Assembly (NCBI GenBank): GCA_963722605.1
Contig: CAVRNO010000004.1
Location: 410,335-474,334, forward strand
DNA length: 64,000 bases
Direction: 5' to 3'
Source: Candidatus Binataceae bacterium
Lineage (GTDB): Bacteria; Desulfobacterota; Binatia; Binatales; Binataceae
A program made the translations under genes and the position numbers. The notes below the pieces were generated by a model. It was not told where the DNA came from, ran no database searches, and saw only the letters and a program-made list of their open reading frames with translations. Positions 55,382 through 64,000 of the stretch are shown here, piece by piece. The first letter of the stretch is position 1. Every line of letters begins with the position of its first letter.

Positions 55382-57165
55382 CCGCGGCATCGCTGCAACG
55401 CCAGATTCGCAACGGCACTTTGCTGATGCTGGCGTTGGTCGTTGTGCTGGGAATCTACACGCTGCCGCGGGTTTACTCGCTTGGCGGCGCAATCCGCGAG
55501 ACCCTTTATCGCAACTACGTCAGCATCGAGGCCGCACAGAACATGCACGCCGCGCTCACGACGCTTCAGGTCGCCGAGCACGACGGCCGCGCCAGGGACG
55601 TTCTGCCCGGGGCGCGGCAAAATTTCCTGCAGTGGATCGACGTCGAGAATCACGACTTTACTGAAGTTGGCGAGCCTGATCTTGCCGCCGATATCGCCCG
55701 GCGCGGCAACCAACTGTTCGCCGCCGTCGCCGCCGCGCCGCCCGGCGCGCTGCACGATCGCGAATTCGCCGAATTGAACGGCCGCCTCGACGATCTGATC
55801 GCGATGAACAAGGCCGCGATGTTCCGCGCGGACAGCCGCTCGGTAAAGCTGGGGCGGCGGCTGGCGTACGAATTCGCCGGCGGGCTTGCGCTGGTGCTGC
55901 TGGTGGGCGCCGCGGTGTCGTGGGGTCTGGGATGGCGGCTCTCAAAGCCGCTGACGGAACTCGCCGAGCGCCTGCGCGGAATCAGTCAGCGCAAGTCGCA
56001 GGTGCGGCTTGGCCCGCAGCCGCTGGCCGAGCTGGAAGCGGTCGCGCGCGAATTCAACCAGATGGCCGAGCGGCTCGAGCACTACGACCAGCTCAACGTC
56101 GAGCGCCTCGTTTACGAAAAGAGCAAGACCGAAGCCATCATCGAGAGCCTCGAAGACGGCGTCGTGCTGATCGACACCGGAGGAATCGTTGCGCACATAA
56201 ATGAGATCGCGTCGCTGATCCTTGGCGTCGATCTTCAGGACGCGCTCGGCAGCCCGTTCGACGACCTCAGCAGCAACCATCCTCATTACCTGCGCGTTCG
56301 CGATGCGTTGCGCGCACTTCAGCGGGCCGGGCCGGAAGGCCAGCGCACTGAAATCGATCTTCACGTCCGCGGCCGCGCCCATTCCTACGTGCTCAAGTCT
56401 GTCCCGCTTCATCACACGGCCGGCGCCTCGCTCGGCACGCTGCTGATTTTGCAGGACGTGACCTACCTCCGCGATCAGGATCGCGCCCGCACCAACCTGG
56501 TCGCCACCCTGTCGCACGAGCTCAGGACCCCGCTCACCTCGCTTGCGCTGTCGGCGGAGCTGCTGGGCCGCGATATGCCGGCTTCAAATCCGAAGAGCAC
56601 CGAACTGTTGCAGGTGATCATCGAAGAATGCACGCGGATGCGTCAGCTTACCGACAACCTGCTCAACCTCGCGCGCGGCGAGATCCCGGCCATCGCGGTT
56701 CAGCAAAAGCGTCTCGATCTTGCCCGTCTGGCGGCCGATGTGACCAGGCGCTTCGCAATCCAGGCCCGCGAGAAGCACGTCGAGATCCAGGAGCAGATCG
56801 GACCGGTGCCCGAGGTGATCGGCGACCCGGTCAAGCTCTCCTGGGTGATATCGAACCTGCTCGGCAACGCGCTCCGCTACACGCCCGCCGGCGGAACCAT
56901 CAAAGTCGCGACCCGCGGCGCCAAGCAGGCGACGCGGCTGGAAGTCACCGACTCGGGGCCCGGAATTCCGCCCGAGCTGAAAGACTATATTTTCGAGCGT
57001 TTCGTGCAGTACGGTTCCGACGGGCTCGAAAAGGGATCCGCCGGGCTGGGATTGTCGATCGTCAAGGAAATTGTCGAGGCCCACGGCGGCAGGATTTTCG
57101 TCGAGAGCGCCAACTCTCACGGCTCCCGATTCATCGTCGAAATTCCCGCCGCGAAGGAGCTTTGA
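55378..57165 (+). CDS. membrane sensor histidine kinase (TM-HAMP-PAS-HisKA-HATPase)
   Basis: …LVATLSHELRTPLTSL… H-box, …ISNLLGNALRYTPAGG… N-box, …DSGPGIPPE…GSAGLGLSIV… G-boxes; ATGA-coupled to kdpD-N. Confidence 0.85.
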   Translation: MTAASLQRQIRNGTLLMLALVVVLGIYTLPRVYSLGGAIRETLYRNYVSIEAAQNMHAALTTLQVAEHDGRARDVLPGARQNFLQWIDVENHDFTEVGEPDLAADIARRGNQLFAAVAAAPPGALHDREFAELNGRLDDLIAMNKAAMFRADSRSVKLGRRLAYEFAGGLALVLLVGAAVSWGLGWRLSKPLTELAERLRGISQRKSQVRLGPQPLAELEAVAREFNQMAERLEHYDQLNVERLVYEKSKTEAIIESLEDGVVLIDTGGIVAHINEIASLILGVDLQDALGSPFDDLSSNHPHYLRVRDALRALQRAGPEGQRTEIDLHVRGRAHSYVLKSVPLHHTAGASLGTLLILQDVTYLRDQDRARTNLVATLSHELRTPLTSLALSAELLGRDMPASNPKSTELLQVIIEECTRMRQLTDNLLNLARGEIPAIAVQQKRLDLARLAADVTRRFAIQAREKHVEIQEQIGPVPEVIGDPVKLSWVISNLLGNALRYTPAGGTIKVATRGAKQATRLEVTDSGPGIPPELKDYIFERFVQYGSDGLEKGSAGLGLSIVKEIVEAHGGRIFVESANSHGSRFIVEIPAAKEL

Positions 57166-58497
57166 TGGCCAGGCTGCTCATTGTCGATGACGAGCGCAAT
57201 ATCCGCCGAAGCCTCGTCGCGTTTTTCGAGTCGCTTGGCCACGAGGTCCGCGCCGCCGAGAACGGCACGCAGGCCGTCGCGATGCTCGCCGAGACCCAGT
57301 TCGATCTGGTGCTGACCGACTACCGGATGGCCGAGATGACCGGGCTCGAACTGCTGCGCGAGATCAAGCGGCGCGCCCCCGACTGCCTGGTAATTCTGAT
57401 GACCGCTTATGCGACCGTTGAAAATGCGGTCGAGGCGATGAAGTCCGGCGCCTACGACTATGTCACCAAGCCGTTCTCGCTCGAACAGATCCAGCACACC
57501 GTCGATCGGGCGCTGCACGTCAGGGTGCTTCAGGCGGAAAATCGCGCACTGCGCAGCGCGATCGACGAGGAGCCGCTGCTCGACTCGCGCAGCCCCGCGA
57601 TGCAACGCCTGCTCGAAACTGCGCGCCAGGCCGCCGCCAGCGACGCGACTATTCTGCTCACCGGCGAGAGCGGCACCGGGAAGAACGTCATCGCCCGCCA
57701 GATTCACCGATGGAGCCGGCGCCAGAGCAAGCCGTTCGTGGTGGTCAATTGCACCACGCTCTCGGAAGAACTGCTGGAGAGCGAGTTGTTCGGGCACATG
57801 CGCGGCGCGTTCACCGGCGCGGTCAAGGACAAGCCCGGGCGGCTCGAGGCGGCCAACGGCGGGACGGTTTTCCTCGACGAGATTGCCGACTTGACGCCCA
57901 CCCTGCAGACCAAGTTTCTGCGCTTTCTCCAGGATCAGAACTTCGAGCGGGTCGGTGGCGAACGCACGATTCACGTCGATGCGCGAATAATCGCCGCGTC
58001 CAATCGCGACCTCGACTCCGAAGTCGCCGCGCATCACTTTCGCGAGGATCTCTACTACCGCCTCAACGTCATCACCCTGCGCGTGCCTCCGTTGCGCGAA
58101 CGCCGCGAGGATATTATCCCGCTCGCACAATGGCTGCTGAACGTCGCCGCAGTGCGCAATTCGCATCCCGGCCTGGCATTTTCACCCGGAGCGATCGCGG
58201 CGTTGACCGCACTATCGATGGCCCGGAAATGTGCGCGAACTTCGCAACGCGATCGAACGCGGCACCGTCCTGATGCACGGCGAGACGATCGCGCCCGAGG
58301 ACCTGCCCGATTCGCTGTTTCACGAATCCACCGACGCCCTCACCGGCATCCCCAACGCCGCCAGCCTCGACGAGGTCGAACGCGAGCATATCGCGCGCGT
58401 GCTCGCCGCCAGCGCCACGCTTGAAGAAGCCGCCGACACGCTCGGCATCAACGTCACGACGCTCTGGCGAAAGCGCCGGCGCTACGGAATCGAATAG
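57165..58497 (+). pseudogene. sigma-54-dependent response regulator (NtrC family), frameshifted at ~58207-58213
   Basis: REC plus AAA+ (GESGTGKN…GAFTGA) in frame 0 up to …AIAALTA. The expected …HYRWPGNVRELRNAIERG…HTH is in frame +1 (ORF 58231..58497). A 1-2 nt indel at accgcactatcg joins them. Confidence 0.8.
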
Positions 58498-58560
58498 CCG
58501 CAGGCGGCCGCGCTTGCCGGAGCTTGAATCGCTTGTTATCCGGTGACTCGGCGGATTCGC

Positions 58561-59376
58561 TTAAGCTCGCTTGCGCGCGCCGAAGGTCAGCACCGAGCCG
58601 TCGAGTTGCGGGCGGAAATCCTCGAAACCTGCCTGAGTCAGGTATCCATCGAGCTGCGCCGGTTCGAACAGCCGCACCCCAACCCGCTCGATACGCTCGC
58701 GGATGCGCTGGTAGCGCAGGATACCCGTGCGCACAGCGGCAAAGGTCGTTACCGCCAGGATTCCGCCCGCTTTCATCACCCGCGCAATCTCGCTGAGCGC
58801 GGCGACCGTGTCTGGAAACAGATGGAGTGCGCCGCCGCACAGAGCGACGTTGAAGAACGCGTCGGGGAAAGGCAAGGCGTCCGAACTCGCGCGCGCGAAT
58901 TCGACGTTGCCGATGCCCGCCTGAGTTACGTAGGCCGCGCCTTGCCGTAACATGCTCCACGAAATGTCGACCCCGTAAACGCTCCTGGTCGGCGACGCGA
59001 TCCGGCGTCCCAGCGTCCCCGGCCCGCAGGCGACGTCCACCACCGGTCCGCTTTGCGCCGCCACTATCGCCCCGACCTTGTCCATCAGCTGCCCGAAGGA
59101 CGGGGCTTTGTTTCCACCGACCATTCTCAGGATCACCGGATACCAGAGCTTGGTCTCGTACAATCGCGAGATCAGTGGCACATTCATCGCGCGCAATGCC
59201 CGGTTCATTCTGGGGCCGATTCTGGAAGCGAAATCTTGCCCGGTGAAATCCGGGATACCTTCGACGATCGGATAGCTGGCCTGACAGGCGCGGCAATCGA
59301 ACGCCACGGCGCCGCGCGTCAGCGGACCTTTACAGGAAGGGCAAACGTAGACGTTGAGTGGCTCGGCCATACTCAC
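58561..59376 (-). CDS. class I SAM-dependent methyltransferase with N-terminal Zn-ribbon
   Basis: CPSCKGP…CRAC ribbon, then …VVDVACGPGTLG… motif I. Confidence 0.75.
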   Translation of the reverse strand: MSMAEPLNVYVCPSCKGPLTRGAVAFDCRACQASYPIVEGIPDFTGQDFASRIGPRMNRALRAMNVPLISRLYETKLWYPVILRMVGGNKAPSFGQLMDKVGAIVAAQSGPVVDVACGPGTLGRRIASPTRSVYGVDISWSMLRQGAAYVTQAGIGNVEFARASSDALPFPDAFFNVALCGGALHLFPDTVAALSEIARVMKAGGILAVTTFAAVRTGILRYQRIRERIERVGVRLFEPAQLDGYLTQAGFEDFRPQLDGSVLTFGARKRA

Positions 59377-59419
59377 TCCTCGCAGCCTGCCGTCTACTCT
59401 CCTTGCCGCCGCGCCGCAA

Positions 59420-61414
59420 CTACGAATTCTCCGGCTCTTCCGTTGCTCTCAAACTTAGCGGACGCAGCCGCGACGACTTCTTGGACTGATGGTCCTGCAT
59501 GCGGCGCAGGATGTCGTCGAGCGCGCTGACCGCCGCGACAATGTGAGGCCCCTTGTTCAGCATCACGCACTCGGCGCGTTCTCCCATCGCGGCGTCGGTG
59601 ATTTCTGCGCGCGACGCCTGGCCTTTCTTGGCCAGCGTCTCGAGCACCTGCGTCGCCCATATCACCGGCAGATGCGCCGCCTCGCAGATCCACAGAATTT
59701 CCTCCTGAACCTCCGCCAGCCGTTCGTAGCCGCACTCCACCGCCAGGTCTCCGCGTGCGATCATGATACCCACCGGTTGCTGCCGCATCGCGGCGAGCAT
59801 CAGGTTGGGCAAACGCTCGAAGCCCTGGCGCGTCTCGATTTTCAGCACGATTCCCAAATGATCGCCGCCAAGCTCCCGCAGTCGCGATTGAAGTTGAACG
59901 ATGTCGCGCTCATGGCGCACGAACGACATCCCGACCAGGTCCGCGTGCCGAACGATAAACTTAAGATCTTCGAGGTCTTTCGGCGTGAGCGCGGGCAGGT
60001 TGATGTGGGTATCGGGCAGATTGATTCCTTTGTCGGCCCCCAGCCGGGTCCCGCCCGCTTTGGCCTCGGTTATCTCGATCCGAAGCGCGCCGGGCTCGGC
60101 CTCCTTCACGATTCCGCCGATCTTGCCGTCGTCGAACCAAATCTTCTCGCCCACGCGAACCATCGGGAAAACCTCCGGCAGCGTGCACGAGACCGTCGCC
60201 GGACTGAGCGTCCGTCCATCCGAATCGACCGAAGCGTTTTTGCCCACGATCGGCTCGCCCGTGAGCAGAATGAAGTCCCCTTTGCGCAGCATGATTCCTT
60301 GCGCGCGGCGCGGTAATTCTCCCACCTGCGCTTCGCGCCTTGCTTCGCGGTCCACATCGACGCGGATCAGGACCGTTCCCGCGGTCACGTAGGCGGTTTG
60401 GCTGCATTGAGCCCATCGCCCTGCCTCGCCGATACCGACCACTTCGAGCACCCGCCGTTTCCCGCGCGCATCTTTGAAGTGGATGCGTTCTCCGGGTTTG
60501 ACCTCATCCAGCCATTGCGCTGAGGCGACGGGGATCGCCGCGTCCGCACCCGGGGGAGGATGGCGGGCCGGCTCGGCGCCCGCGAGCCAGATTCGCGCCG
60601 GTTCCGTCACCCGTCCAAAACTATCGCGCCTGGGATGCCACGCGACCACTTGAGGCCCCGGTTCGATTTCCCCGGTTCGGAGCTTCGGCCCGGCAATGTC
60701 CATCTCGATACGGCATGGCAGACCCAGTTCCCGCCGCGCGCGCTCCAGATGATCGGCCATCCGGCCCCAGATTTCCGGGGTATCGTGCGCGCAGTTTATC
60801 CGCATGCAGTTCATTCCATGGGAAACCAGGTCGCGCACCAGCGCGTAGTCATCCGCAGCCTCGGCTGACATCGTAACCATGATGCGGACGCCGCGATGCT
60901 CCGGCGCGGGACCCAGTAGCGCCTCGGTATTCGCCGCGAGGATCGACCTGCCTTCGCGAAAGCCCGGACATTCCGACGGCGCCGGCGCTTCAATCTTCCG
61001 ACCTGCCAGGCGATGGAGCGCCAGCAGCACCGCATTCAGCGTGCTCATCACGTGGGCTTCCGTCCGGCCGAGCGATGAGAGGCCGAGCACCGCGAGTTCG
61101 TCCTGCAGTATCCGAATATCTTCGCGTCTGAGCGCGAGATAATGGATCAAATTGATCGCGCTTTTCCGATACGCGGGATGGACCGTCGAGGCGCGCTGGT
61201 GAAGTTCGCTTTCGTGCCTTAGCAGCGACCGGCGGATTTCACCAAGCCTCGCGATTAGAGCTTCAAACGAATCGGGGCTTGCTAACGGCGATTCGATTTT
61301 ATTGTTCACGGCGGCACAATAATTGGTGCAATCGACGTGCCGATTCGATTCTACCTCTCGTCTCTCTCCCGTAACAAAGAGAGCATCTGCGCGGCTTCGC
61401 GGAAGCCTCGGCAA
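59420..61414 (-). CDS. pyruvate-kinase-family protein with long N-terminal extension
   Basis: …IMIARGDLAVECGYERL…ICEAAHLPVIWATQVLETL… PK barrel signature; 664 aa; start uncertain. Confidence 0.55.
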   Translation of the reverse strand: MPRLPRSRADALFVTGERREVESNRHVDCTNYCAAVNNKIESPLASPDSFEALIARLGEIRRSLLRHESELHQRASTVHPAYRKSAINLIHYLALRREDIRILQDELAVLGLSSLGRTEAHVMSTLNAVLLALHRLAGRKIEAPAPSECPGFREGRSILAANTEALLGPAPEHRGVRIMVTMSAEAADDYALVRDLVSHGMNCMRINCAHDTPEIWGRMADHLERARRELGLPCRIEMDIAGPKLRTGEIEPGPQVVAWHPRRDSFGRVTEPARIWLAGAEPARHPPPGADAAIPVASAQWLDEVKPGERIHFKDARGKRRVLEVVGIGEAGRWAQCSQTAYVTAGTVLIRVDVDREARREAQVGELPRRAQGIMLRKGDFILLTGEPIVGKNASVDSDGRTLSPATVSCTLPEVFPMVRVGEKIWFDDGKIGGIVKEAEPGALRIEITEAKAGGTRLGADKGINLPDTHINLPALTPKDLEDLKFIVRHADLVGMSFVRHERDIVQLQSRLRELGGDHLGIVLKIETRQGFERLPNLMLAAMRQQPVGIMIARGDLAVECGYERLAEVQEEILWICEAAHLPVIWATQVLETLAKKGQASRAEITDAAMGERAECVMLNKGPHIVAAVSALDDILRRMQDHQSKKSSRLRPLSLRATEEPENS

Positions 61415-61784
61415 AATTATTAGATTCGTTAATTCAAGCCGTCATTTATGTAGATCCGAAGCTGTCCCCCATAGCACCACCGGCCCGCCCTCGCTGATGC
61501 GTACGGACACAGCTAGACGGGCTAACGAACGGAGCCGATGATCAGCCAGGCCCGCAATCGCGAGCGGCCCGCTACCGCCAATCTGGCGCCGACTTGACGC
61601 TGGAACGGCCATCGGGTTAAGAACCGCGTATCTGCAAACTCAAAAACGGAGATCCCGGATTAAGTCCTTTTGTGCCTCTCACCCGATTGGTGAGGGGGGG
61701 CGCAGCCCCGCCGCCCGATGTTAACCCAGGATGGTTTGCCTGAACCAAATTACGGCTGGAAGGCCGGAGAAGGGAATCGTTCAA

Positions 61785-62807
61785 ATGCAATGCTCGAGAA
61801 AATCTGAACCGGCAAGGTCGCGCGCGCTTCGGCGCGGGTTAGGGGCGCTTCTGATCTGTTCGGCGTTGGTGGGTGTTGCCGCGCCGGCCGCACGGGCCGC
61901 GTCAGGCGCTCTATGGATTGCAGACGCGGACAATCACCGGGTTGACGAGTACTTGCCCAGTCAGCTTCAGAGCAGCCACACGCCGACTCCGCTCACTGTT
62001 TCGATTGGGGCTGCGCCATATGGGGTGTGCTTCGACAAATCGAAGAATCTTTGGGTCATCGATAGCGACGAACAGATACTCGGCTTTACCGCCTCGGAGC
62101 TTAAGAAACTCCCAACCGCTCCCAGTCCAACAGTAACGATCACCAGCTCGTCGTTCAAAGACATCGTTGGCTGCGCCTTTGACAAGCACGGCAATCTCTG
62201 GCTGGCGGACCTCGACAAAGACAGTCTGGATAAGATCTCTGCGGCGCAATTGAAAGCCGGCAGCGGCATCATCACTCCCGCCGTCATCATTACGGATTCT
62301 GCGGAGATGTCGTCCGCTGCTCCGGGCTTCGTTACGTTCGACAAATCGGGGAATCTGTGGATGGACGGCGGGGATGACGAGGAGCTCTTCGAATTTTCTG
62401 CTTCTGAGCTCACCTCCGGCGGCGACAAGACCGCGGCAGTTGTCCTGGGGGGCGGCGGGAGTTTGAGCGATCCGGGCCAGATCGGATTCGATGGCCATGG
62501 CAATCTCTGGGTGAGCAGTTACGACGACAATACCGTCGTGGAATTCCCGAAGCGCCAAATCAGCAGCTCGAACAACGACGCGCCGACTGTAACGATTAGT
62601 AGCTCAAGTCTGGACGGGCCATGGGGCCTCGCTTTTCACGGCAGCGACTTGTGGGTGATGGACTACGGCGATGGCAACGCCCAGGAGTTTATTCCCTCTC
62701 AAATTAAGCGCAGTGGGTCGCCTGCTCCGAAGGTTCTCTTGACCGGTGCTGCAGCCACAGATTCGTGGGGAATTACGTTCGGTCCCGCGTTCGGGAAGCT
62801 GCCCTAG
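61785..62807 (+). CDS. secreted NHL/beta-propeller repeat protein
   Basis: Start MQCSRKSEPARSRALRRGLGALLICSALVGVAAPAARA (possible Tat motif RRGLG). Six repeats of …GNLW(V/L)(A/S)D… blades. Confidence 0.65.
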   Translation: MQCSRKSEPARSRALRRGLGALLICSALVGVAAPAARAASGALWIADADNHRVDEYLPSQLQSSHTPTPLTVSIGAAPYGVCFDKSKNLWVIDSDEQILGFTASELKKLPTAPSPTVTITSSSFKDIVGCAFDKHGNLWLADLDKDSLDKISAAQLKAGSGIITPAVIITDSAEMSSAAPGFVTFDKSGNLWMDGGDDEELFEFSASELTSGGDKTAAVVLGGGGSLSDPGQIGFDGHGNLWVSSYDDNTVVEFPKRQISSSNNDAPTVTISSSSLDGPWGLAFHGSDLWVMDYGDGNAQEFIPSQIKRSGSPAPKVLLTGAAATDSWGITFGPAFGKLP

Positions 62808-62960
62808 CAGGGTGTTGAATAACACATATCGAAGGGTAGCCCGGGTCGCGAACCGTTCAACACCCTGCGTAAAAGATGGCTTCTTACCTACAACATCTCC
62901 CCCTTTGGGGGAGACAAGAGAGAGGGAGCAGGCGTTGAAAATTACTTGGTGATTATGCAC

Positions 62961-62989
62961 TTGACAAAAGTGCGCGTCTCTGGTAAAGT
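62961..62989 (+). promoter_or_regulatory. sigma-70 promoter of IS transposase
   Basis: TTGACA-17 nt-TAAAGT, 8 nt before ATG 62998. Confidence 0.55.
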
Positions 62990-62997
62990 TCCAAATC

Positions 62998-63912
62998 ATG
63001 AAGAAAGACGCGCCCAAACAGTCCACGAAGCCGATTCAACCGTCGCTGCTTCAAATCGTCGAACGGTTCCCGTCCGAAGAGAAGTGCATCGCGCATTTCG
63101 AGCGCATCCGCTGGCCGCAAGGTCTGGCGTGCATCCGTTGCGGTGCGATGCGCATTCACAAATTCGACCAAGCGGGGAAGACCGGGAAGATGCGCCATCT
63201 CTACTATTGCCCTGATTGCGACTATCAGTTCTCCGTGACCACGGGCACGATTTTTCACGACTCTCATATTCCGCTCCGCAAATGGTTCATTGCGATCTAC
63301 CTGATTTGCACGGCGAAGAAAGGAATCGCGGCGTTGCGGCTTCAAGAGTACTTGGGTCTCGGCTCTTATCGGACTGCGTGGTACATCGCCCATCGCGTGC
63401 GATTAGCGATGGGGGAAGACTCTGACTTTGCGACAAAGTTCTCCGGAATCGTTGAAGCGGACGAAACCTATATAGGCGGCACACGAAAAGGTCTGCACGG
63501 GCGCGGAAGCGCCAATAAGATTCCCGTAGTCGGTATCCGAGAGAAAACATCAGGCAAAGTCCGCTTGCAGGCTGTAAAGGACTGTTCTAGCCATGTGCTC
63601 GCGGAGTTCATTCGCAAGCATGTGCAGGGCGGCTCTATCCTGCACACCGATGAGTGGCGCGGCTATGCGTGGCTTGATTCGTCCGAGTTTGCACATAAGA
63701 CGGTGCGGCACAACCGGACCTACGTTACCGCTGCTGGCGTGCACACCAATGGAATTGAGAATGTATGGTCCCTGTTCAAGCGTGCTGTCATGGGAACCTT
63801 TCACAAAGTCTCCGCCAAGTATCTTGCGCTCTATCTCGATGAGTTTTCTTTTCGTTTCAACAACCGTGGCGAATTCGACCTGATGGACCGCGTATTGCAA
63901 AGGTGCGATTAA
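62998..63912 (+). CDS. IS1595-family (ISXO2-like) transposase
   Basis: N-terminal Zn-ribbon …CIRCGAMRIHKF…YYCPDCDYQF…, DDE core …VEADETYIGG…ILHTDEWRGY…; 304 aa. Confidence 0.85.
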   Translation: MKKDAPKQSTKPIQPSLLQIVERFPSEEKCIAHFERIRWPQGLACIRCGAMRIHKFDQAGKTGKMRHLYYCPDCDYQFSVTTGTIFHDSHIPLRKWFIAIYLICTAKKGIAALRLQEYLGLGSYRTAWYIAHRVRLAMGEDSDFATKFSGIVEADETYIGGTRKGLHGRGSANKIPVVGIREKTSGKVRLQAVKDCSSHVLAEFIRKHVQGGSILHTDEWRGYAWLDSSEFAHKTVRHNRTYVTAAGVHTNGIENVWSLFKRAVMGTFHKVSAKYLALYLDEFSFRFNNRGEFDLMDRVLQRCD

Positions 63913-64000
63913 GGAGCAAGCCCGCAAGCGGCAAGAATTTCATCCAACGCAGCGTTGTACTTAACCAAGTCTGTCTCTAAACGTCGCGCGATGACTATAG

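Larger units (their letters stand above)
62940..64000 (+). mobile_element. IS1595-family insertion sequence, right boundary at or beyond window end
   Basis: Transposase with its own promoter. Candidate terminal repeats ACTTGGTGATTATGCAC (62944-62960) vs reverse complement of 63953-63969 ACTTGGTTAAGTACAAC, about 11 of 17 matching. Confidence 0.5.

Noticed and set aside
49824-55492. Long minus-strand ORFs opposite kdpA, kdpB and kdpD (49824..51218, 51397..52725, 52804..53676, 53990..55492)
   Set aside because: Shadows of the unambiguous kdpFABCD genes.

Overview
This 64 kb window is a high-GC (roughly 62-66%) bacterial chromosomal segment. It is dense with c-type cytochrome respiratory genes, sigma-54 two-component regulators and core translation genes, so it is probably from an anaerobic, metal- or sulfur-respiring lineage (Geobacter- or Myxococcota-like), but I cannot assign a taxon from sequence alone.

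Layout by coordinate:
- 1-2178 (minus strand): a partial CCA-adding enzyme gene and an AI-2E family transporter.
- 2369-2443: tRNA-Val(GAC).
- 2512-10096: the conserved thrS-infC-rpmI-rplT-pheS-pheT-ihfA-merR block, with an intrinsic terminator between rplT and pheS.
- 10126-12590: a lower-GC, 2.46 kb insertion bracketed by about 30 bp imperfect inverted repeats. It carries a sigma-70 promoter, a structured leader that I interpret as a retron msr/msd ncRNA, an intact nucleoside-deoxyribosyltransferase-like (SLOG/NDT) effector gene, and a retron-type reverse transcriptase. The reverse transcriptase is broken by a frameshift at an A4 run and by one in-frame TAG. The insertion appears to have replaced the 3' end of a membrane GT2 glycosyltransferase gene.
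- 15.5-34.4 kb: a redox island.
  - PAS histidine kinase, sigma-54 response regulator and tatA.
  - Four paralogous small monoheme cytochromes c, two of them a perfect 528 bp tandem duplication.
  - An ImcH-like 7-heme inner-membrane cytochrome, an 11-heme cytochrome c and a dihaem cytochrome b (Cbc-like module).
  - An SPFH protein.
  - A sigma-54-driven ACIII/Qrc-like operon: lipoprotein pentahaem cytochrome, Tat molybdopterin-family subunit with an intact Cys cluster motif, 4Fe-4S subunit, NrfD subunit, monoheme cytochrome.
  - A convergent sigma-54-driven operon: cupin, two tiny membrane proteins (one with a His-repeat tail) and a second NrfD-like protein.
- 34.5-58.5 kb:
  - Another sigma-54 regulator with a kinase whose periplasmic domain carries a CX4CH haem motif.
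  - A divergent radical-SAM/SPASM gene, an AidB-like acyl-CoA dehydrogenase, menB, an esterase and a hotdog thioesterase.
  - Secreted proteins and two strongly-RBS'd small membrane peptides.
  - An archaeal-type HMG-CoA-synthase-like/DUF35 gene plus a thiolase (frameshifted at a C-run).
  - A sigma-54-promoted kdpF-kdpABC operon with a split KdpD and an NtrC-type regulator that is also frameshifted.
- 58.5-64 kb: a methyltransferase, a long pyruvate-kinase-family protein, an NHL-repeat secreted protein and an IS1595-family transposase with its own sigma-70 promoter, running to the window end.

Three genes carry single indels (reverse transcriptase, thiolase, response regulator). Draft-assembly error is therefore a live alternative to genuine pseudogenisation.
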